Below are positions 9,288 through 17,266 of a stretch of 32,000 nt of DNA, one piece after another. The position numbers were made by a program, and so were the translations under genes. The DNA lies in assembly GCA_016933055.1 (NCBI GenBank), contig JAFGBS010000008.1:30001-62000 (forward strand), read 5' to 3'. Position 1 is the stretch's first letter, and each line of letters opens with the position of its first letter. The DNA comes from Promethearchaeota archaeon. GTDB taxonomy: Archaea > Asgardarchaeota > Lokiarchaeia > Sigyniarchaeales > Promethearchaeaceae. Below the pieces are notes generated by a model. That model saw only the letters and a list, made by a program, of their open reading frames with translations. It was not told the origin of the DNA and ran no database searches.

Positions 9288-9995
9288 TTACCAAGGAATT
9301 TCTTTTCCGTCCCAATTAAGAAATTTTCCCGTTTCTGGAATAGTTTTTCCATCAATTAATCGAATCATAGATGACACAGTTTTTTTCGGATCCAATGGTG
9401 CATGATATCCCCCCATATCAGTTTTACTCCACCCCGGGTGGATTGCCCAAACTCCAATTTTTTGAGATTCTAAATCATTTGCAAGCAATTTTGAAGCCAT
9501 ATTAAGTGCTGCTTTGCTCATACAATAGCTATAGTGGGATTTATCGGTTTTTTCCGTGATGGAACCCATTCGTGATGTAATATTGATTATCTTGGGGTTA
9601 GATCCTTTAACAAGTAAATTCAAGAATCGTTCAGAAATCCACACTGGCGCAATAGAATTTACATTAAAGACATGTAAAAAATCTTCTTGATGCATAGTGC
9701 CCATTCGATATTCCGTCTCTTCATTACCTGAAATTATTCCCGCATTATTGATTAGAATATTAATAGAATTAATTTTTCCTGAAATTTTTTCATATGCTTT
9801 TTGAATCGATTTAAAATTAGATACATCCATTTCAACAATCATCAGTCGATTTTTATATTGTTTTTTTAAATTCTGTAGTTTTCTTGCTGTAGTAGGGGAT
9901 CTACAAGTTGCGATCACTGAGTCGTTTCGTAAAAGATACTGTTTAGTAAATTCCAATCCGATTCCTCGATTTGAACCTGTTATCAAAATATTCAT
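9288..9995 (-). CDS. SDR oxidoreductase, CsgA/C-factor-like
   Basis: TGSNRGIG, INNAG, NITSRMGS, YCMSKAALN, HPGWSKTDMGG and GKFLNWDG motifs. Confidence 0.92.
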   Translation of the reverse strand: MNILITGSNRGIGLEFTKQYLLRNDSVIATCRSPTTARKLQNLKKQYKNRLMIVEMDVSNFKSIQKAYEKISGKINSINILINNAGIISGNEETEYRMGTMHQEDFLHVFNVNSIAPVWISERFLNLLVKGSNPKIINITSRMGSITEKTDKSHYSYCMSKAALNMASKLLANDLESQKIGVWAIHPGWSKTDMGGYHAPLDPKKTVSSMIRLIDGKTIPETGKFLNWDGKEIPW

Positions 9996-10059
9996 AAAAA
10001 AATATAGGCATCAAGGAAATTTGAAATTCAGCTAATAAATAATAGAACGATTAGGGGAC

Positions 10060-10626
10060 TTATTTTAGAAGATCAACAAATTCATGAGCAAATTTTTCTA
10101 TAGAATCCCAGTCTCGAAGGTCATTACAGCCTTGATAGTCAAACTCTAATTCCTTTTTCTCATTTGTCATCCCTTTAGCAGCGGCTTTCAATGCTTCTTT
10201 CTTAATTTTCCCCAAATTCGAATCCTCGGAAAAATCCAAAACACCTGCAAATGCCGCGCTAATTACGGGTGGTGGTAAACCCATCTTCTCAATGAATTTA
10301 TCAATATACAATTCTTTTGCTTTACCCGAATCTACTGAAGAATATGCTGAAGAAACAAAAAGAGCATATTTGATCTTTCCTTTTTTCAATTCATCAGCGA
10401 TTTCTTTCAAATATTTTTTACTCTCTTTTACCCATTGAGATATCTGGATTCCAGAACCAATTACAACACCGTCATAGGCATTAATCATAGGCCAATTTTT
10501 CTTTTTCGTATCTTTCAAGTTAACAAGGTGGGTCTCGATACCTTCCCCATCTATGATGTCTGCAATTCTTTGAGCGATCTCTAAGGTGCAACCATAACGT
10601 GATCCAAAGATGACCAAGGCTTTCAT
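10060..10626 (-). CDS. Flavodoxin-domain protein (HemG/Flavodoxin_5-like)
   Basis: FGSRYGCT FMN-binding loop, YDGVVIGSGI, FAGVLD, DLRDWDSIEKFA. Start moved to ATG 10626 because TTTTATAA at 10651-10658 lies 25-32 nt upstream of it. Confidence 0.85.
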   Translation of the reverse strand: MKALVIFGSRYGCTLEIAQRIADIIDGEGIETHLVNLKDTKKKNWPMINAYDGVVIGSGIQISQWVKESKKYLKEIADELKKGKIKYALFVSSAYSSVDSGKAKELYIDKFIEKMGLPPPVISAAFAGVLDFSEDSNLGKIKKEALKAAAKGMTNEKKELEFDYQGCNDLRDWDSIEKFAHEFVDLLK

Positions 10627-10650
10627 ACCTAAACAAAAAGACAATGAACT

Positions 10651-10658
10651 TTATAAAA
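10651..10658 (-). promoter_or_regulatory. Putative TATA box for the flavodoxin gene
   Basis: TTTTATAA on the minus strand 25-32 nt upstream of ATG 10626. Confidence 0.5.
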
Positions 10659-10779
10659 ATATCTCTATCTACTAAATAATACAATAATTATATTATTTGG
10701 GTAGATGAGAAGAAATTCTTAAGAAGCTCATAATTGGACTCCAGTAGTTTTTAATACATGAGAATTTTGGCATATTAAT

Positions 10780-11352
10780 ATGAAAGATTCAATTAAAGAA
10801 AAATCTAAACCTCAAAATCAAAAAAAAATGCACGCACATAGACCCGATCTAACGGGGGAGCATAAAATATCAGACATTGGACAAATTATCGGCTTAGTGA
10901 GTTTTTTAACTGTATGGATCCTAGATTCGTTCATATTTCATTTCTCAGATTTCTTATCTCGCTATGTTCCCTGGTGGGTTCTAATTCTTATTGCTACTCC
11001 CATATGGTTCACTGGAGGTATTCTGGCTTATAAAGGGATGACTGCGGTATTTGGCGGTGGTCCCAAAGAGCCGGTTATTATCTCGAAGGGTGTATTCAAA
11101 ATTTCTAGACATCCCATCTACTTAGCTTCGTTATTAGTGTATATTGGGTGGATAATCTCGACATTATCCCTTGCTTCGATAATAATACTCTTGTTACTTA
11201 TTCTATTTTATAATTACATAGCAAATTATGAAGAAAAAATATTGATAGAGAAATTTGGAGATTTGTACAGAGATTATCAACAGCAGGTTCCAAAATGGGG
11301 GATAAGAATCCTAAATAGAACGCAAACAAAAAAAAGGAATCGGGTTGATTAG
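10780..11352 (+). CDS. Isoprenylcysteine carboxylmethyltransferase/PEMT family membrane methyltransferase
   Basis: GVFKISRHPIYLASLL, EEKILIEKFGDLYRDYQQQVPKW motifs; 4-5 TM; TTTTTAATA at 10748-10756 upstream. Confidence 0.88.
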   Translation: MKDSIKEKSKPQNQKKMHAHRPDLTGEHKISDIGQIIGLVSFLTVWILDSFIFHFSDFLSRYVPWWVLILIATPIWFTGGILAYKGMTAVFGGGPKEPVIISKGVFKISRHPIYLASLLVYIGWIISTLSLASIIILLLLILFYNYIANYEEKILIEKFGDLYRDYQQQVPKWGIRILNRTQTKKRNRVD

Positions 11353-13157
11353 CTTAGCAAGCTATCTAATCCCAAAACCTCTAGATTGAGTAGTGATAAA
11401 ACGATAATCGTTGTAATCCCCAGAACTATACCCAAACACGCAAGAACTATTTGATAAATCTCCTTTCCGCTCTTTTTTTTGGTTCTGAGTGACTTTACAG
11501 TTATCGCAAGTGAAATACAAGAGAATGGAAAAAAAATCAATCCTGCCCATCCTAAAATCGATGACAATCTAGCTTCTTCTCTGTGAATTGTATCCAATTC
11601 TTGCTCTTTGTTTATCTCATCGAAACTGATCCATTCGGCATTGTAGAATGTTTGTTGCACACTTAATGGTTTCCACCAGGATTTTGTGAATTCCCCCTTT
11701 TTCTTTTTTTCAAGAAATGTTTTCAAAACGCCCGGTAAGACAAGGAATCCAATCATTGCCATCCACCATTCGAGAGAGCCAACATAATCAATTTTTTCCC
11801 ATAAAAGTGTCAATCCGTAAAAGAATAATAAAGTAATGGCTAAAACTGCAAGTGTCCAATACCAACTCAGTAAATCATAAGGTTCAATAGCAGTTACTGT
11901 GACCGCGGGGATAAGATACTTGGTAATAAGGAAAAATATTATAAAATAAATCCATTGCATAGTGTATAGGGTGAAAGCAATAAATCCAAACCTTCGAATG
12001 AACTTACTATTCTTTGCCAGTTTCTCACTTATTCCGCGAAATTCCACGAGACGTACCATAAGTAAGATAACAATCATCGATAATCCGTTGAAAGCCAAAA
12101 ATTGGAACAACCAACCCACGTAGGGAGGTGATATGACTCCCCCTCCATAATCTTGAGTTCCGATGGAGGTATATAATCGATGATCATAAATTTTCCGGAA
12201 TAGTTTGTATACAGGATCGAATCCCGCGGTATCTAAAAGCACATAGAAATTACCTAAAAGACCTACTGTTCCGATTACAAACATAACAATACCAATCCAA
12301 ACTAATACTCTCATCTGTTTCCAAGATTTTTGCTTACGCGGTTTAGATAAATAGATTCCAATGATACTCCCAAGAAAAGAAGCTGCTAAATAAGGAAATA
12401 TTGGTTCCGGATACCCTGCTAATGGTGCAAAAGACACTGATCGTATAATATACCAAATCGAATCAAAACCGATATAGGGATACATTATCCGAATATTTCG
12501 AGGATTTCCGTCTGGTGTAATGATAGTTCTTTGAGAATAGGGATACCCCGGAAGTATTGTATTAATCCATTGCCAGATTATTGGCGTTAATGCCAGAACG
12601 ATCAGTGCTAATGCTCCATAGAGAACCATCATTAAAGTATAGCGTTTCCAATTATTTTTTATCGATAATAACGCCTGTACAATGCCGTTAAGAATCATAC
12701 ACCACGCAATCGTGTGGATAGTTTCCATGTGTACGAATCTGTACCTCCAAATGTCATACTGTACAGCGGATATACCATCTAAATGTTGAAATATTCGTCC
12801 CAAAATCCCATAATTTCCAATAACCGCCTCCATCATCATCGCAAATAATAATAGGATAAGGCCTCTAAGAATTTGTCTGCTTGCTAAACTAGCTATACTT
12901 TTACCCGATTCTAAATGTTTATACATGCTTATCATGTGACTCATAGAAGAGACCATCAGAAACAACCCTGCAAGTCCTCCCAATATCGCTAATTCTATTA
13001 GAAATACAATAACTGCCAGTGGTGTAGTTCCAATATTTTCTTCGTGAAAAAATACGTCAAAATCCATCAAGTTGTTAATAATATGGAGGATATACATGAT
13101 GAATATTGATCCTCCCCGTAAAAAGTCTATACTAACATAGCGTTGATTGGTTCTCAT
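11349..13157 (-). CDS. Multi-pass membrane protein, HGSNAT/DUF1624-like (putative membrane acyltransferase), with a DUF4190-like two-helix tail
   Basis: N-terminal RYVSIDFLRG...MYILH motif, ETIHTIAW segment, more than 12 hydrophobic helices; AGGGAG SD-like sequence upstream. Confidence 0.65.
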   Translation of the reverse strand: MRTNQRYVSIDFLRGGSIFIMYILHIINNLMDFDVFFHEENIGTTPLAVIVFLIELAILGGLAGLFLMVSSMSHMISMYKHLESGKSIASLASRQILRGLILLLFAMMMEAVIGNYGILGRIFQHLDGISAVQYDIWRYRFVHMETIHTIAWCMILNGIVQALLSIKNNWKRYTLMMVLYGALALIVLALTPIIWQWINTILPGYPYSQRTIITPDGNPRNIRIMYPYIGFDSIWYIIRSVSFAPLAGYPEPIFPYLAASFLGSIIGIYLSKPRKQKSWKQMRVLVWIGIVMFVIGTVGLLGNFYVLLDTAGFDPVYKLFRKIYDHRLYTSIGTQDYGGGVISPPYVGWLFQFLAFNGLSMIVILLMVRLVEFRGISEKLAKNSKFIRRFGFIAFTLYTMQWIYFIIFFLITKYLIPAVTVTAIEPYDLLSWYWTLAVLAITLLFFYGLTLLWEKIDYVGSLEWWMAMIGFLVLPGVLKTFLEKKKKGEFTKSWWKPLSVQQTFYNAEWISFDEINKEQELDTIHREEARLSSILGWAGLIFFPFSCISLAITVKSLRTKKKSGKEIYQIVLACLGIVLGITTIIVLSLLNLEVLGLDSLLS

Positions 13158-13384
13158 ATCCTCTCCCTAATCATGTGTGCTATTTATCATGTATTTAATA
13201 ATATCTCAAGTATTTCTCTGGAATAGCTATCAGATTTCTGGAATATAGAATAAACTACCTTGAAGGTAAAATTCGTGAAACAATTCTTTTACGATCAGAT
13301 GTATTATCCCCAAAATATCCCGGTATAGTATTAGATATTCCATTTAACCCAAGCATTGAATAATCCAAATGCCTAACAAATATT

Positions 13385-14239
13385 ATGAAAGAAATTCCTC
13401 TCTATCAAGTCGATGCGTTCACCTCAGAACGCTTTCGAGGTAATCCTGCTGCAATTTGTATTCTGGAATCGAAAGATGATCTAACAGATGCCGAAATGCA
13501 GCAAATTGCCGCTGAAATGAACCTTTCTGAGACCGCATTTATTATCCCAATGTCTGGAGACCATTGTGATAATTTTCAACTCCGTTGGTTCACTCCAAAA
13601 GTGGAAGTTAGTTTATGCGGTCATGCTACTTTGGCAAGTGCACACGTATTATTCAAAGAATTAAAAGTATGCCGTGAGGATATACATTTTCAAACGCAAA
13701 GTGGGGAATTGGTAGTGAATCATTTGGGTGATAGATACCAAATGGATTTCCCCTTGGGAAATCCAACGCCTTCAGAAGTCTCGGATTTATTGTGTAAGAA
13801 CTTAGGGATACAACAGAACCAGATCATTTCCACCTTTAAAAATGAATTCAAAGGAGAATTAGTAGCGGTATTTGAGGTTATTTCTGCCGAAATTGTAAAA
13901 AATTTGAATCCAAATTGGACAGCATTGGTAAACTCGAAATATAATTTGGATTTTGGAGGAGTTTATGTAACTGCTAGAAGTGATAATGAAGATGTAGATT
14001 TCGTTTCCCGATGTTTTTTCCCTTGGGTCGGCATACGGGAAGACCCGGTTACGGGTTCCGCACACACTGTACTAGGACCTTTTTGGCAATCTAAACTGGG
14101 TAAAAATAAGTTATTTGCATATCAAGTTAGTGATAGGTTAGGGGAAATCTGGATGGAAATCCCAACGGACAATCCTAATAATAGAATTTTCATACAAGGA
14201 AAAGCAATAACTGTTTTAAAAGGTACATTAATTATTTGA
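13385..14239 (+). CDS. PhzF-family epimerase/isomerase
   Basis: QVDAFT, GNPAA, EMNLSETAF, LRWFTPKVEVSLCGHATLA, EDPVTGSAH motifs. Confidence 0.95.
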   Translation: MKEIPLYQVDAFTSERFRGNPAAICILESKDDLTDAEMQQIAAEMNLSETAFIIPMSGDHCDNFQLRWFTPKVEVSLCGHATLASAHVLFKELKVCREDIHFQTQSGELVVNHLGDRYQMDFPLGNPTPSEVSDLLCKNLGIQQNQIISTFKNEFKGELVAVFEVISAEIVKNLNPNWTALVNSKYNLDFGGVYVTARSDNEDVDFVSRCFFPWVGIREDPVTGSAHTVLGPFWQSKLGKNKLFAYQVSDRLGEIWMEIPTDNPNNRIFIQGKAITVLKGTLII

Positions 14240-14249
14240 GGAATAAAAT

Positions 14250-14981
14250 ATGATAATTCCATATGTCAATTCTGGGCAAATGCGTGAAATAGATCGAATT
14301 ATGGTGGAAAAATATCATATTACGCTGGAGCAGATGATGGAAAATGCGGGACGCAATCTCGCGATCCTTGCGCGATCACATTTTTTGTCTAAGGATACCC
14401 TTCATAAAAAAGTGCTTGTGTTAGTAGGTTCGGGGGGAAATGGTGGAGGGGGATTAACAGCAGCAAGATTTTTACATAATTGGGGTGCGGATGTTGTTGT
14501 TCTGTTGACAAAATCCATTGATGAATTAGAAGGAGCCGTAAAACATCAAGCTCAAATACTAATCGAATGAGGAGTTCCTTTGCATCTAACCACACCCCTT
14601 ACGGAATTAGAATTCCCCTTCCAGGTAGATCTCATCTTGGATGCAATAATCGGATACAGTTTAAAAGGAGAACCAGAAGGAAACGCTGCAATTCTTATCA
14701 AATCAGCAAATAAAGCTCAAGCTCCAATTGTATCTTTAGATATCCCCTCGGGTATGGATGCTAGCAGTGGTGAGACCTATGGGGACCTTACCATCAAAGC
14801 AACTGCAACGATGACATTAGGTTTTCCAAAAACGGGATTTCAAAATCTGGAAACAAAATATTACACGGGAAGCCTTTTTCTTTCAGATATATCTGTCCCT
14901 GTAAAACTATGTGAGGATTTGGAGTTAGGTTCCATAAGAAAGGGGATATTTCGTCGAGGAAGCATAATAAAAATTCGATGA
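14250..14981 (+). pseudogene. nnrE: NAD(P)H-hydrate epimerase (YjeF N-terminal domain) interrupted by an in-frame TGA at 14568-14570; pseudogene, split gene, readthrough or sequencing error
   Basis: ORFs 14250-14570 and 14580-14981 are in the same frame (offset 330 nt). First half has LEQMMENAG and GSGGNGGGG, second half has DAIIGY, SLDIPSG and TMTLGFPKTG; joined length 243 codons fits a standalone NnrE. Confidence 0.85.
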
Positions 14982-15109
14982 AATGCATCCCTGATATAAC
15001 CATTTAATATAATTATCATTCAATCTATCTCCTTATAGTTCAAGATGACCTCTGATAAATTTCATTCCCATACAACTAAGTTTTTGTTTTTAGTACTCAA
15101 CAATAATGT

Positions 15110-15691
15110 ATGGGAAAGTTAATAGTAGGAATTGTCGGGACTTCTTCGGCTTCGAAGCATGTCATTCAAGTAGCAGAGAAATTGGGAAGGCTTATTGTTG
15201 ATAATGGCTATCGAATTATATCTGGTGGTTTAACAGGAGTAATGGAAGCAGTTTCTCGAGGTGGACAAAAATCGGAAAATCACACTAATGGGGATATTAT
15301 CGGTATTTTACCTGGACTATTAAAAACCGATGCAAATAAATACGTTGATATAATAATTCCAACGGGATTTGGATATGCACGAAACCTTATCATCGTAAAT
15401 ACCGCTGATGTAGTCATTGCTGTTGCGGGAGGTTCTGGTACATTATCAGAAATCGCCTTCGCTTGGCAATTTCAAAAACCCATTATTGCACTCGATTTTG
15501 AACCATCACAATCTCTTGTTGAAAAAATTAAATTGTTATCCCATTCTGATTTTAAGAAATCCAAAGGATGGTCTTCCATCATTGGAGGATTATGTTTGGA
15601 TGAGACTCGAACGGATACAATTTTCTCAGCAGAAAATCCTGAAGAATGTATTTCGATCATTAAAACTATATTTAGAAATGGACTTAAATAG
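15110..15691 (+). CDS. LOG-family protein (TIGR00725-like)
   Basis: SGGLTGVMEAVSRG, IGILPG, TGFGYARN, GGSGTLSEIAFA motifs. Confidence 0.9.
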   Translation: MGKLIVGIVGTSSASKHVIQVAEKLGRLIVDNGYRIISGGLTGVMEAVSRGGQKSENHTNGDIIGILPGLLKTDANKYVDIIIPTGFGYARNLIIVNTADVVIAVAGGSGTLSEIAFAWQFQKPIIALDFEPSQSLVEKIKLLSHSDFKKSKGWSSIIGGLCLDETRTDTIFSAENPEECISIIKTIFRNGLK

Positions 15692-15715
15692 GTTTTAAAA
15701 AAGAAATAACATATT

Positions 15716-17011
15716 TTAACAGAAGAGATATTTTTTCCGTTCCCATTCTGTTTCTTTCCCGTGTTCTACTGCTTCCTTATGTTCTCGGATTTCTTCATGT
15801 TTTGTAGCTATGTAAATATCCATAAACGGTTTTCCTAATACACCCTTCATAAAACTAGATTGTTCAAATGCATCAACAGCTTCTTCCAAAGATTTTGGTA
15901 ATTGGGTGATTCCGAGTTCTTTGCGTTCTTTATCGGTCATGTTATCAACATTCTTGCTGGTTGGTGCGGGTGGTTCGATCTTCTTCTTGATTCCATCAAG
16001 ACCAGCAGCAAGTAGTACTGCATTTCCGAGATAAATATTCATAGATGCGTCACCTGCACGATATTCTACATGAGCTTTATTTTCATAACCTGGAACGCGC
16101 ATTAATGCAGTCCTATTTGCGATACCCCAAGCAGTATAGACTGGAGCTTCATGATCAGGCACTAATCTTTTATATGAATTTGTAGAGGGATTCAAAATTG
16201 CACATAACGCATCGATATGTTTAATCGTTCCGCCAATGAAGTGTCGTAGTATATCTGAAACCCCAGATTCCTCTGAAAATACATTTTCTCCTTTTTCATT
16301 TTCTAAATATTGATGGATATGAAGTCCATTTCCCGCTTGATCTGGAAAGGGCTTCGGCATAAATGTGCCGATGATTTCTTCTTCCAAAGCGACCGTTTTA
16401 ATAATAATTTTACTGGTTTGAACATTATCCGATTGAGAAAGTGCCTCACATTTCATAAGTTCAATCTCGTGCTGCCCAGGACCACATTCATGATGAATTG
16501 TGTGTGGTGCACCTTTTGGAAATGTTAGTATCATGTAATCAGTTATTTGGCGCCTAAGGAAGTGGAAAATGTCCATCGGAACGGTAGCCATATATTTTGC
16601 TTCATCTGCTGGGACCATATTATCCGTGACAAAGTACCACTCTAATTCGGGTCGAGTTAAATACGTAAAACCCATTTCCTGTGCTTGGTTTAATACTCTT
16701 TTAAAAATTGAACGAGGATCTAAGGGATGAGGTGTTCCATCGTTTCCATACATATCACAGATAAAACGAGCCAAACCGTCATCCCAAGGTAAGATTGAGT
16801 AAGTGGAATAATCTGGAATTGCTCTCATATCACTTTGTTCGGTAGCAAGAAAACCTAAGGAACTACCATCAACTCCCGTCCCCTCCCGCATATCCTCCCA
16901 ATTTTTTGCGGGGATTTCCACAGCTTTCAAATCTCCCAGTAAAGTGGTAAATTGGAATTGAATATAATCGATCTCATTCTGGATAAAGAATTCTGGTGTA
17001 AAATTGGTCAT
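15716..17011 (-). CDS. glnA: Glutamine synthetase, type I family
   Basis: DGSS, QSDM (D50-equivalent), PELEWY, HHECGPGQHE, MPKPF...GNGLHIH, SYKRLVPDHEAP (E327-equivalent flap), NRTALMRVP, VEYRAGD; AGGAG SD at 17021-17025. Confidence 0.85.
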   Translation of the reverse strand: MTNFTPEFFIQNEIDYIQFQFTTLLGDLKAVEIPAKNWEDMREGTGVDGSSLGFLATEQSDMRAIPDYSTYSILPWDDGLARFICDMYGNDGTPHPLDPRSIFKRVLNQAQEMGFTYLTRPELEWYFVTDNMVPADEAKYMATVPMDIFHFLRRQITDYMILTFPKGAPHTIHHECGPGQHEIELMKCEALSQSDNVQTSKIIIKTVALEEEIIGTFMPKPFPDQAGNGLHIHQYLENEKGENVFSEESGVSDILRHFIGGTIKHIDALCAILNPSTNSYKRLVPDHEAPVYTAWGIANRTALMRVPGYENKAHVEYRAGDASMNIYLGNAVLLAAGLDGIKKKIEPPAPTSKNVDNMTDKERKELGITQLPKSLEEAVDAFEQSSFMKGVLGKPFMDIYIATKHEEIREHKEAVEHGKETEWERKKYLFC

Positions 17012-17054
17012 TTTGAAACTCTCCTATTCTGGGAAATAAAACTAGAAGATGTGC

Positions 17055-17062
17055 TATAAATA
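17055..17062 (-). promoter_or_regulatory. Putative TATA box for glnA
   Basis: TATTTATA on the minus strand 44-51 nt upstream of ATG 17011, leaving room for a leader with the AGGAG SD. Confidence 0.45.
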
Positions 17063-17266
17063 TCCTACGGATTCCCACTTATTTCCCGATAGTTTTTCAT
17101 CACAATATCAGATACGCAAATCACAAATCTAACCTTTTTATGAATTTTAAGTAAACTAGATTTTCATATTTTTACCCGAGTAGTTAAGCAATAAAGCCAA
17201 ATATCTATATAGTGCAATTAGCATATTAGAAATAAAATCTATCTTACCAATGGGAAGGTATCAAAA

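Noticed and set aside
10780-11352. ICMT-like gene as evidence for CaaX processing of small GTPases
   Set aside because: The ICMT/PEMT family is widespread in prokaryotes, no prenyltransferase or CaaX substrate is in the window, and the 641-aa protein does not end in CaaX
11347-11366. Small hairpin (TAGCTT-AGC-AAGCTA) at the 4-nt overlap of convergent stops
   Set aside because: Only a 6-bp core, inside coding sequence; insufficient to call a terminator
14568-14570. In-frame TGA in nnrE as a selenocysteine codon (some Asgard archaea encode Sec machinery)
   Set aside because: The position corresponds to a non-catalytic, normally hydrophobic residue before GV in NnrE, not a conserved Cys, and I found no convincing SECIS-like hairpin in 14982-15109
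15716-17011. glnA as a non-GS gamma-glutamyl ligase (PuuA-like)
   Set aside because: The ammonium-site Asp (QSDM) and flap Glu (HEAP) equivalents are retained, so an ordinary glutamine synthetase is the simpler call
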